Below the pieces are notes generated by a model that worked only from the letters and a program-made list of their open reading frames with translations, was not told the DNA's origin and did no database searches. Position numbers and translations under genes: made by a program. Of a DNA stretch of 64,000 nt, positions 1 through 12,257 are shown piece after piece; the first letter of the stretch is position 1, and every line of letters begins with the position of its first letter. Origin of the DNA: Camelus dromedarius (taxonomy: Eukaryota); NCBI RefSeq assembly GCF_036321535.1, contig NC_087436.1, positions 112,718,001 to 112,782,000 on the forward strand. Reading direction: 5' to 3'.

Positions 1-118
1 CACGAAGATTTCAACTACTTTTTATACAAAAATTTAAGGAATCCTCTAGTCTTACATACCACCCTCCCTTCACTTCCAGAGGCATCAGTTTTTCCAGTTC
101 CTTTTAAGGGACTTGCAG

Positions 119-576
119 TGTAGTATTTGACTAGGGCTGCCATAACGAAGTGCCACAGCCCAGGTGGCTTAAACAACAGAAACTTCTCACAATTTTCAAG
201 CCTAGAAATCTAAGAACAAGGTGTCAGCAAGGTGGGTTTCCTCTGAGGCCTCCGTCCTAGCTTGTAGGTGGCTCTCATCTCTCTGTGTCTTTCACGTGTG
301 TGTCTGTGTCCTCAACTCTTCTTATAAAGATACCAGTCCCTTCTGGACTAAGGCCCATATTGAATGGGCCATAACCATATTAATCCATTATAACCATGAT
401 CATCCATTATATTAATCCATTATAAGCCATTATAACCATAAAAAGTTAAGGCCCACCCTCATGACCTCACTTTGACTTAATTACCTTTTAAATACAGTCA
501 CATTTTGAGGTGCTGGGGGTTAGGACTTCAACACATGAATTTGGAGGTAGGAGCAGATACAATTGAACCCATAATA
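119..576 (-). mobile_element. MaLR LTR (MLT1-type), interrupted by an 89-bp insertion
   Basis: Hallmark motifs GGCTTAAACAACAGAAA, AAGGTGTCAGCAAGG and GGGGTTAGGACTTCAACACATGAATTT. Confidence 0.8.
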
Positions 577-3034
577 ATCAGTGTAAAACTGAATTATTTT
601 GGCCTCCTTCTGTGCTTAGATTTAGGTCCTTTGACTTGCAACATCCACTCAATCAATTGTTTTACACCTTCCAAAATGTAGTTGCCATTCACTCTCCTCC
701 CAAAGTCTTTATCCTGAAAGGTTTATGTCTCTCTCTATGTCTCACTTACTCTTATTTGGTGTGGTTTTGGAAGTCAGCAAAAGTAAACGCTTGTGTTCCA
801 GCCCTCATCTTTTATCAGATGTCTAGCCCACTTTATATCTGTCAATACGGCAATGTAAGACTTTTCCAAATTATTGAAAAATCTTCCTAAAGCTAATTTT
901 TATGGCTTCATAAATGAATCTTTTAACAGGAGGGTTCCATGCCCTATTTGTCTATTTGATCTATGCTTATGTTTCCAATTTTTTATTAGAAATAACATAT
1001 CTGAGTCAAGAATATTGAGTAACTCTTTAATAAAGTCTTTTGATATATACCTAAATTCATCAAATTTAAGACACCATCCATTGTAAGATACAGCAAAGGG
1101 TTGAAAAAGTTTACTTCTGGAGCAGAGGACAGGGGGTTGGTGAAGTCAAGAGACTGATTTTTTTTTTTACAAGTTTTTAAAAACATTTTGACTCTATGTG
1201 CATCTACAAAATCTGATAAAAATTAAAACTGAAGGGAAAAATCAAGTCAGGAAGTTATGTCTACAACATGACTTCAACCATTTAAAGCCAATAAAATGTC
1301 ATAGAAACAATACTAGAAATCCACAGGGGTAAGTTTATAAGTGAGTTTTATTTTCATTGTTATCTATTTCTAGATTTTTCAAAATTGTTAGAGATGAGTA
1401 GCTAGTTTCTAAAGAAGAGAAAGGTTTACTTTTTTCCCCCTTCATTCAAAAAAGAAAAATGATCAGAAGGACACATACTGAACTGTAGTCCTTGAATTGT
1501 GACACTATGGGTGGCATTTCTCCTGAGTGCTTCTCTGAAGTTCCTGGATTTTCCCTAATGAACATGTTTGAGGGCTTAAAGGCTCCAAGAAAGAAGACCC
1601 TGGTCGAGAAACAGAAAAAGAATTGAGGCAGATGAAGGATAAAATATCACCCTTCTAATTGGTAAACTCTAGGTCAGATGACTTGCTGAAAAATCAGATT
1701 TTTGTGTAGGCTAGCAAATTAACCAAATTAACTGGAAATCCACCAAAATGTACACTCTACTTTGTGCTGTGAGGACCATCCAGACGTTCACTTAGAATCG
1801 GTTGCTGAGGTATGACACAGCCTTTGGGATTTTTCGTGGTCCTAAATATCCAGAGAAACTCCAAGGAAATGCTGATTATTCCCACAGGTGTTATCAAAGG
1901 AAAGCTGTATTCCTGTTGCTAAGTGACAACTCACAATATTTAGCACTGGGACAGCTTGAAATGAGAAATGGAAACTTTTGCTAACATGATTTATTAGTTT
2001 CATAATTGATCGTTGATGTCCTAGACTGGAAATAAAATTAAGGAATAAAAATGCAAATATCTGTAAAGGAAGCCTGGCTAGTTTCCAGAATACAAGCCAA
2101 GGAGTAACTAGAATTTCCTCCAGGTTTCTGGAAATCATGTCTTGCAGTAGATCTGAGATTGCCTGACGGGTGAGTGTTCGCATCTTATTGTTGGAAGATG
2201 AGCGTTTTGATCTCATAACGTGGCTTGGATGGGGGCCAAAGGAGTGGCCTCTCAACTTGGAGCAGGTTTTCACCTTCTCAATCCTCTTTGATCATCACTG
2301 TAGTTTTGCCAGACCCTGCAGCCCTCTGTCATTCCTCATTCAACTGAGTTCTCTTGAAACTTAATAGATTTCCTTGAACATAGTCCTATTTAATATTTAC
2401 TGAGACAACATTCATATCTGAAGAGAACAGTGGAAAACAAATACTGGGTAATCTTTAGAACCAAGCAGCCGTTGGATGGGTGGACCCAAAAGTGTTCTCA
2501 CATTAGCCACAGTCGGTGAAATGAACGCCGGTTCTCACTTTTATCTGCTTAAATTATGACCATTCATCTAAAGCAGATACAGTGACTGAAGGACCACTTA
2601 AAGCAAACCGAGTGACTGGAGGACCCTGGGACAATGCACATGTTTGCCAATGGTGCTTTATAATTCTAGAATGATTTCTAGAAGCTCTCAGAATTTCATG
2701 GGGATCCAAATTTTAGAACTCTAGAGCCAGTCATTCATATTCCTTTAAAGTCATGTCTCATTTTTCTGTTTGTTCCAGCCCAGAGTGATCACTTTCCTTA
2801 GCAAACTGGGTGTGAAGTAGCTTATAAAAATCAGGTTCACAAAGGATATTTCAAAGAATGAGCCAGTGGCATTTGGGCTACAGTAATGAATAGAAGACAG
2901 CAATTTAAATGGGAAAAAAAATACTAACCTATTCACAGCCCACCTGTTGGCCTATATTGACAGACTGCAGAGGGCATTAATAAACAGAACATATAAAGGA
3001 AGAAATGCTGAGATGGACCCCCAGCACCCCTGGC

Positions 3035-3430
3035 GTAGGTGGCACAGCCCAGCAGATGCTCAGATGCCCTGCCGGCTCCAGACTCTACTCGCTCTCCCAG
3101 CTGCTGGCAGTGCTGGCAGCTAATGGCTCTCAGCTGAGCCCCCTCCAGAACTGCTCTTGGTGAGGAGACCCAAAGTCACAATCTCCAATGGCTGTGCGAT
3201 GTTCCAGCCCTTGCCTCCGGGACAGACCACCTGAAGGGCCATCCCAGCGCCCTTAGGGATCCGCTGAGGTCTTTGCTGAGACTGAATGGAGGCCTGATTT
3301 CTCCTTTTGCCCCCGTCTGATTCTCTCGCCTCCCCTCCTGAAGTGCTGATCCCAAGAGCACCCCAATGAACTTCCTACTCTCAAATCTCCTCCTTCTGAG
3401 TCTGCTTCCCAGAGAACCTGACCTACAACA
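3035..3430 (+). mobile_element. ERVL LTR16-like solo LTR
   Basis: 3' end CCCAAGAGCACCCCAATGAACTTCCT...GAGTCTGCTTCCCAGAGAACCTGACCTACAACA is typical of LTR16; 5' boundary approximate. Confidence 0.65.
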
Positions 3431-6400
3431 CACACGTGCCTTAAGCTGATTCAGAGATCTTCCACCAACTTGCTTTAAGTCAGGAAAGTGTTTCTGAAGG
3501 CACTCTTTTGAAACAGAAACCTCATTTTGGCTTGTAATTTTGAGGCACATGTTAACAGAAAGATTACAAGACAGTTCACATCCTATGATTATAATGTTTC
3601 AAAAATATAAAAATACATGCATTCATAATAATAATGATTTGAGAATATAGTCAATGAACCAATAATTTTTGAGGACTTACTTTTGGCCAGCCATTCAATT
3701 CAGCATTACACCAAAAACACGAAATCGGCGATTATCTCTGGGTAATGGAATTAGAAGTGATTTTTATTTCGTCATCTTCTTTGTAGCATATTTCACAAGT
3801 TTTGTTTTGTAATTAGATACAAAGTTCTAAAAATTATCTTACATATCAACCTTACATAAGTACATTTTCATTTCATCAAGGATTTCAATAAATGTTTGCT
3901 GTAATTTTTATATTACAAAGTAACCCCCAAATCTTCTTTCTACTCTCTGAAAAGCCCAAGACCTACAAAAATAAAATGTGTCAATCCAACAGAAATTGTA
4001 TTAAATTTCAAAATTTGGGATATGCTGAGTTGTCATTAATTTTCTAGTACTGAGATAAATAGCCTGAGTGTTTTCTGAATCATCTGCATTTTGAAGCTGA
4101 GAAAAAGGGACTTTTAGGTACTTCCCTGATGACCTCAGATTACATGACAAAAGGAAAGTGAAATTTTCCCAGCATTGAGTCTTTAATAAAGACATTATGA
4201 TCATCAAGAAAGGCAGAGCCTCGACTTGAGAGTTTGAACCAAACCCTAAGCACCCTGATATTCTCTATCAGTCCAATCTGTAATTTGTCATCCAAAGATT
4301 ATATTCGTTATTTTTCTTTCACATGTTAATTTGGAATACGTTATTAACTGACTACATTTGGTCTTCAACTCAGAGAGAAAATTCAGTATCATGTCACTCT
4401 AAGGCTAAGTAAGTGAAGGCGATGTAAGGTAAATAAAATGTAGGCAAAATATTTTAGATAAATATCATTAATAATAGTTATATTGATAATTTATATATGA
4501 TTACTATAATATGGTCCCTCTAATATACATTATATATTATCTGAATAATGTTGTGTGTTATTAATAATAGAGAATGTATTACTAATTCCCCCCACATATA
4601 TTTGTTTTGCTTTTTGGGGGGCTCAAATAAGTATATTTTATTACATCTCTCTGGCAAAAACTTTTGACTGAATTCAAACAAGGGTACCTAAAGGTTAATT
4701 GAAATGCAGACATATTTTTCTGTAAGCTTTTCCAGTTGCTTCTGAGTTTCTGCCAAGCCAAAATAAAGAGTGAGATGTAAAGATAAGTCGACACCTTTCA
4801 CATTATGTCTGGCCATTCCGGTGACTACGCCAAGTCACATCCAGAGTGTTACCATCTGATTTGTAGAACATTGTGTAACGAAGGAGATGGAAGCGTGAAG
4901 TCAGCAGATTTGGTTCCCTTAAACAAGGTTTCTGATTTTCTCTGGTCTGGGAACAAACAAGAGTGTCGCAAGGACTTTGGGGAATTAGCATCACTGAGTG
5001 TTCGTCAGAGAATTGCTAAAGCTAGGCTGTCCTTATTAGGGAGGGTGGGAATCTATGTAGCTTTGAAGAAGACTAATTCCCCATCCACTCTCAACTCACT
5101 TGAGATGCAAATAATTTAGGGACTAGGTGAAAATTAATGGGGAAAAGGATCCTTGAAAGTTTACTGGGTCTGCAGCCTCACAGCACCAAGCTTCCATATT
5201 CTACTGGTTTCCTAAGTTTCAAGGGCTGCAAGACATTTAAAGGGGGCAAAACCGTGAGCTGAGATGCAACAACCCAGAGAGGAAGAGAAAGGGGAGGACC
5301 TGCCTGCCGTCCTGCCCCAGTGGCCCAAGATAAATGAATTCATTCTCCCATTTATCACCATCAATTACTAATCGAGCCCTGCTGTTGCCAGGAAGATGGA
5401 AATTAATGCTGACTATTTAAATGAAATAGTGACTGTTTACAAAGCATTCACTCTGTGCTGGGTGTTCCACTGAGCACGTTCATTTCATGACCTCCTTTGA
5501 CACCATGCTAAGTGTAGTAAATCCTATTTTTAGCACTATTTCACAGCTGAAGGCACTGAGCCTGGGACGGATCATATCCCGGAGTCAGAAACAGGGGTGG
5601 CTGGACTTTAAAGTCAGATGGTCCAAGTCGTGAGCCCACATTTTTAGCTACTGTTCCTGCCCTGAAGGAGGTAAGTGTGTTAATAGAGGTACAGACATGT
5701 ACGTAGATAGTTTCTATTTACTCCCTCATCCATGCAGACATTCAGTGAGCATTTATTCAACATCTACTGTATGCAGGCATTGTGCTAGGCTGTGGAGACA
5801 AAATCCAGGGAAGGACTAGGACCCCAGAGTCGGAGGGACCGACAACCAAGTCTCTCCCCTCTGGGTCCCCACCCAGCTCCCTTCACAGCGCTGCACTTGC
5901 CTTATTCTCTAACAGACCCACAGCAGCTTGAACCTCAGGACATGTCTGTCTCATTTCTGCATCCACAACCCCCAAGAACCATGTCCTGCATGTAGACAAT
6001 GCCCAGTAAGCACTGAGGGATAGAATGTAGGAAGAACCTGAAAAAGACCCAAGTGTAGAAAAATGACTCTCTGCTTCATTAAGCCGCTGCCTTGCCTGAC
6101 CCCAGGAAGGAGCCGGCCACATAGGGATGACACTGTCCCCTCGTAGAGTGCTTATGGGGGTCCAAGTAGGAGCTCGGGGTTCTGCAGTCAGTTCCCTTGA
6201 TGCTGGAATCTATCAAATGTAGACCTTACCTTTATCAAACAGTAGCATTAATGTCTAGGATCATGATAGAACGGGGTGAAGAGATCAATTTTGGAGTCAG
6301 ACAGACTTGAGTTTGAATGCCAGCTCTGTCCCTAGTTGTTTTTTATATAAATCATCAAAATTCCCAGAGCTTCAGCTTCCTCATCTGTAAAATGGGGACA

Positions 6401-6440
6401 GTAATCTACTTCATTGGATCATGGTGAAAATGAAATGATA

Positions 6441-7217
6441 TGATAGCTAGTTTTATGCATCAACTTAGCTGGGCCACCACGTCCAGAGTTTTAGTCAGAC
6501 ATTCTTTTTTTTTTTAATTCTTATTTCTTATTGAAGTATAGTCAGTTTACAATGTTAGTTTTGTTTGCTCAGCAAAAAGATTCAGTTACACACATGCATA
6601 CATATGTGTATTTTTTTCAGATTCTTTTCTATTACAGCTCATTACAAGAAATTGAATATAGTTCCCTGTGCTATACAATAGGTCCTTGTGTTTATCTGTT
6701 TTATATATAGAAATGTGTATCTATTAATCCCAAACTCCTAATCTACCCCGTCCCCGTCTTCTCCCCTGGTAACCACAGTTTGTTTCCTATGTCTGTGAGT
6801 CTATTTCCAGGGTCAAACACTATTCTTGATGGTTCTGAGGGGGTATTTGTGGGGTTTTGTTTTTTCTAGTAGATGAGATTAACTTTTAAATCAGTGGGCT
6901 TTGAGGAAAGCAGATTACCCTTTATAATGTGGGTGAGCCTCATCGAATCAGTTGAAGGCCTGAGTGAAATGAAGACTGACCTCCCCTGAATGAGAAGGAA
7001 TTCTGCCAGCAGATGACCTTCAAACTTAAACTGCACCATTAGCTGCCCTGGGTCTCCAGCCTGTTGTCCCACTCTGCAGATTCTGGACTTGCTAGCCTTC
7101 ACAATCACATAAGCCAGTTCCTTAAAATAAATCTCAATCTTGCTCTCTCTCATTTGATATTCTCTGTCTCTCTCTCTCTTTGATATTCTCTTTCTCTGGA
7201 GAATCCCAGCTAATACA
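6441..7217. mobile_element. MLT2 (ERVL) LTR split by a nested L1 3' end
   Basis: TTTTATGCATCAACTTAGCTGGGCCA...GATGAGATTAAC...GCAGATTACCCTTTATAATGTGGGTGAGCCTCATC motifs. Confidence 0.8.
6505..6810 (-). mobile_element. 5'-truncated L1 3' UTR with poly(A) tail
   Basis: T-run followed by ATTGAAGTATAGTCAGTTTACAATGTT...ATAGTTCCCTGTGCTATACA; similar to the element at 27691-28136. Confidence 0.8.
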
Positions 7218-7577
7218 AACAGTATGATTCATGACAAGTCCCTGACATACAGCAGGTATTCAATGGATATTAGCTTCATTCTCCCTTCCCCAGAGACCTT
7301 CAGCCTCTTCATTCTACAGGTAAGAAGATGGCAGCCCAAACAGGTCCACTTGTCCACTATCCTAATGTAACCTCGGAAAGTTCTGAGAAGCTGAACCAGG
7401 TAATCAGCTTTGAGCATCACCATTTAAGGCATGGACCAACTGCTCCACACCTGAAGGAAGTACTTTATTGTCTACAAAGAATCCCCTTGAAGGGACTTCA
7501 GAGTTTATCTGACCCCAAAAGTTACAAAATGTTGCCCTGAGGGCTGCATACTGGTTTGTTTGTTTTTCTCACATAAG

Positions 7578-7580
<3 letters not shown>

Positions 7581-7646
<66 letters not shown>

Positions 7647-7724
7647 CATCATCATCATCATCACCATCATTATTATTATTATTATCATCATCATCATCAT
7701 CATCATTATTATTTTTATTATTAT
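7581..7724. repeat. Compound (TAT)n(CAT)n(TAT)n(CAT)n microsatellite
   Basis: Directly visible. Confidence 0.97.
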
Positions 7725-10700
7725 ATAATTGAAGATTTGTAAAATATCACTTAAGTCTGGACTCCTGGCTTCTGTTGAGAAGTTGGACAAGCAGGTGACC
7801 TCAAGCCTGCACTTCTGCCCCCCAACATGGGGCTGGAGGTGGGCAGTCATTGCCACCATAGATAGGACACAGGTCACAGGGGCATTTTACCATTTGTGTT
7901 ACCTGTCAACCCCTGCAGACATTGGAGTCTGTGACTCCTTGTGTCCTCCAGCTCCTTCAGTTTAGGAAAGAGGAAACAGAGACCCAGAGAGGACTGGTGT
8001 ACTTGCACAAAGTCATGTAACAGGGATTGGCAGAGCTGCGTCTAAAACCCTGAGTTCTTACCTCCCAGGCCCCTTAGAATATGCTTTATGGCAGATGAGC
8101 ACAAATACTTTTGTTGACCAATTAGGTGATTCCAAATGTATTCCCCCATAAGGTTGATTTATTTCAGTGGTCAGATCAGGTTTAGTGTCACAAGTGAATG
8201 TAGTGCTTTAAGATGGGGCTAAGATAGACGTGTCTTATTTATCTCTGTGATTATAAGCATAATTTGGTGTCAGACCACACCTAACTCTACCATTACTTTG
8301 GGCAAGTTTCTCGTCTTTTTAATAACAATTGGACATGTTGCAAAGTGCAATGTTGAGGATTAAATGAAATATGTCATGTAAAGTGCTCAGTACAGGGTCT
8401 GGAATATAGTAAGCATTCAACAACTGCTGAATTAGGACTTCAGAGATATGATAAATATGGCAAAATACTAATACAGCTAAATGATTTTGCACCTGCAAAT
8501 ATGTATGAGTTCACAGTGATCCCTCCAATTGCCATACAACACCACAGTGTTTTTTATCTTCTATTTATATATTCATTCTTTGTACTCATTTGATTTAACC
8601 TACAAAACAGAAAATATGTCAATACAAACCTACTGATTAAAGTTCAAGATTTATTTGTGGCTTTTTCGCCCTCAGAATATACTCCAATAAAGGTGCACGG
8701 TCCCGATATTACGTTCAGACAAGACTTGAATTAATTCCTTGTGTTTGAGTAGTTGAGTTGTCAATAAGAGATACAGTTGGGTTAATTTGCTGCTGTATGT
8801 ATTGATTATAGGATCTGCTTTACTTCATTGTTTACGATTTAATTTTGTTTTTAAACATGTTACACTTAAATTTCAACCAATAAGCACAATGTTATTGGAA
8901 TTAAAATAAGGAAAAAGAGTGTCTTGTCTTCTAAAAGCTTAGAGATGGGAGAGGAAATAGACATGTAAACAGACCATTACTACAAACTGAGTTTTGAGGG
9001 TGTGGATGGAGAGCTGAGGGGTATTAGGTGGGTTTTAGTGGTGTGACTGATAGATAAAAGTTACTTAATAAAGCTTACTGAATGATGAATGAATGAATGA
9101 ATGAATGAATGTGCCATTTTATTTTTTCCCTCTAGACTATGAGTAATCAAGGTGAGGACTCAACCTAATTGATCTCTGTATCCCAGGGAGGGCCAGCGTG
9201 GGGCCCCAGCTATGCTTTTCAACCATTCCAGGGCCATGCGCTCAGCCCTAATTAATTCCAAGATTCCAAAATTCCAAAATTAAGTTCAAGAACGCCGCAC
9301 GCTCCAGCTGTTGGAGCGGCTGTCTCAGTTCCCAGCCACGCTGTTCCAGCACTTTCCTGCTCTTTGTCAAACTCATCACTTGCTGTCACCCCCCCATCTC
9401 CATTCTGTGGCCAGGAAACCATGTTCCCAATTTAAAGTGGGGGTTGGGGGCGAGGGTGGGGAAATACTATTTATTAAAAAAGAAGAAGAAGAAAATCATG
9501 GATACTTGACGACAGTCAGCAACCTCCACCCCTCCCGTTTGTGGGTTCTCAGGCTTTGCGATGTGAAAGGGAGACATGGAGTGAGGAAAACCTTGACTCC
9601 TAAGCTGCTGCCGACAACTCAGCACCTGCCCTCTGTGACTCCCAGGAGAGGGACTCCATGTCATCACTTGTCATGTGAAGGAGGTGAGTCTCTGCTCTGC
9701 AGCCAGAATGTTCTGATACTTTGATGAACGTGTCTTCCATAATAATACATTATTACCGAAATGTCCATCTTGTTAGCTTTATTGGGAAAGTATTTGGCAT
9801 GTTAATGGTCACAGGTGACACTTCAGAAACAGCACGTCCTTATAATAACCCCATCTGCCAGCACAACTCATGTACCTGTTCTAGAGAGCTGACTCAGGAC
9901 GGACGCCTAACAGACTTCTCAGAGCTTCCATCCTCCCAGCTCTAGGTGATGCAGGCTGCCCCTGGAGAATCTTGTGGTTTCTATGGCCCCGGGGACCAGA
10001 CAAAGTCAGAGGTTCCCAGCAACTAAGAGGGGCCTGAGAGCTCCAAAAGGGCTCTTCTCCTCCTGCGGTCAACGTGGATCTGATTATTCCATCCATTCTG
10101 GGAAACTCCCTGGAATGCGACTCCATGGAACTGAGATGGGGGATTTCACAAAGGGATTTGTTCTTGCTCGGAAGGCTCCAGTTAGCTTCAAGAACCCTGT
10201 TTCTTCCCAGTCTTGCCCTTTTCCCATGTTCTTTCCATTCCCTGATTACCCTGGGAGGGAACTTGTCCTTCCAGCACTTTTGTCTTCTGCTTTTATCCCA
10301 CCGGGGAGAGCTGCCCACCCTTCCTGCCAGCAGAGTAGGGGGTGGACAGGAGAGCAGGGCTTGGATTGGCAGTGGCAGCGGCAGCGGAAGTTGTTGAACC
10401 CTGGGTGGGCCTGAAAAGTGAAAATTACATATGTTGATTTGTAGATTGGGCGGCGGTGGTTCTGTTGATCCCATTTGTCGAGATCCAGGTCCAGGTGGGA
10501 GCCAGCTCTTAGGGGAGAGTCTTAGGAGGATCCCTGGCCCAGTCCTCTCAGGTGGGCAAGTGCCACCCATCTAGACCATTCAAGGTTCATCTAGGATGAG
10601 AGAAAGTGTGGCGGACCCGCTGGTTGCACGAGGGCCGTTCCCTAGCCTCTTCTCAGCTGGCCCCCAGTGTCTCAGGTCTCAGCTTCCAAACCAGGTAGAT

Positions 10701-11772
10701 TTGTCAAGCAATTTCCTCCAGAATAAAAACAGGTTCCAACATTTTTTTTTTAATTTAAAAAACTAACCTTGATAGTGCTGTACGTGTTAGACACCACTCT
10801 GAGAATTGTACCTCTGTCATCTTGCTTAATGCTCAACCAACCAAAGAGGTGAGCTCAGCCACCACCTCCGTTTTACAGGAAAAGAAACTGAGCTCTGTTC
10901 AAAGCATTTTACAGAATCAGGTCCTGGACATCAGATGGAGCTGTGAGATCATGAATGTGAGGCTGGGGGGACAAGGAGGCAGGTGCCTCCACCACGTGCC
11001 ATCCACTTTGGTTTTTCTGCTCCCAGAAACAACAGTAGTCATGTTTGGGAGAGACAAAGTGACAGCTCAGTTTCCTTAGGGCAAGAACAGCTTCTCTACC
11101 TGACTGGTCTGTGGAGTGATTTGGGGTGTTGTTCTTGATTAAATGGCTTCCAAACTGTTTTCCTGCCCCCCTCTCCCCGGAGAACCTGGAAGCCTCTGAT
11201 TGATATTCCCTAGAAAATGTATTTCCAGCCAGAGTTGTATCAGCTGTTGCAGCTGAGATCACTGGCTGATACACATGTGACTGTTGTCAAGTACAACATG
11301 TGTTAGTTTCCTGCAGGTCTGCACAGTGCATCAAGATTTTAAGTGTTGTTTCACATTTATGTTTCTTATTAAGACTCACACATTTCACTATGTCATCAAA
11401 TAGACTCCCGGGAGGTCTCAAGTGAGTTTTCTTGACAGAACAAAGGTGCGTCATCATGTGTTTCTCAAAGCTGGGATTCTTCCTAGAAAGCAAACAGCGC
11501 TATTCCTTCTTTAACGTCTCCAAGGACAAAGAGAAATGGGTGAGGGTTTTCAGGTCTTCAACAGACTGTGAGTTCAGACTCCTCTGGGCATCTATATCCA
11601 CCTCCCCCACCCACGAGTCACACCCAGGATGATGACCCGTCCTCTCTCTTGCTGCCCAATTCACTTGACCTTGGGGTGGGGTAGGTGAGAAGACGTATTG
11701 CCTTTGGAAGTGCATCTCCAGGCTTGTTTAAGTCTTCCCCCAACCCCATAGATAACTGTTGAAGGTTCTGTA

Positions 11773-12200
11773 GGTTTTTTCCTCCAGCTTTACTGAGATA
11801 TGATTGACAAATAAATATATACTTAACATGTACAATGTGATGTTTTGGTATATGTATGTATTGTGAAATTATTATCACCATTACGTTCATTAGCACATTC
11901 ATCATCTCACAGTTACCTTTGTGTGTGTGTGTGTGTGTGTGTGTGTGGTGAGAACACTTAAGATCTGCTATCTTAGCAGATTCCAAGTACACAATCCAGT
12001 ATTATTAATTATACTCACTATACTGTACATTAGGTCCCCAGAACTTATCCATCTTATAACTAAGAGTTTACAACATCCTTTGACCAGTATCTCCCCATTC
12101 TGCCCACCCCCCCAAGCCCTGGTAACCACCATTCTACTTGCTGTTACTATGAGTTTGACTCTTTTCGATTCTACACACAAGTGAGATCAAGCAACATTTG
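11773..12200 (-). mobile_element. L1 (L1MA-like) 3' end with internal (TG)n
   Basis: CAGCTTTACTGAGATATGATTGACA...CTGTACATTAGGTCCCCAGAACTTATCCATCTTATAACT...GGTAACCACCATTCTACT. Confidence 0.8.
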
Positions 12201-12240
12201 CAGGCACAATTGTTTTTAAAATAATGATTCCACAAAGTCT

Positions 12241-12257
12241 TTTATTAATCATTTATT
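12241..12257 (-). terminator. Candidate distal polyadenylation signals of CD38 (two AATAAA)
   Basis: TTTATT on + at 12241-12246 and 12252-12257, in unique AT-rich sequence about 3.5 kb past the stop. Other AATAAA hexamers lie at 15059-15064 and 14458-14463. Confidence 0.45.

Noticed and set aside
1842..2364. 143-aa ORF in downstream unique sequence
   Set aside because: No recognisable homology or splice structure linking it to a gene.
7560..7877. Poly-Tyr/His and poly-Ile/Met ORFs
   Set aside because: Translations of a trinucleotide microsatellite.
9881..10570. 229-aa ORF and overlapping ORFs
   Set aside because: No recognisable domain or exon structure; consistent with chance ORFs in GC-richer intergenic DNA.
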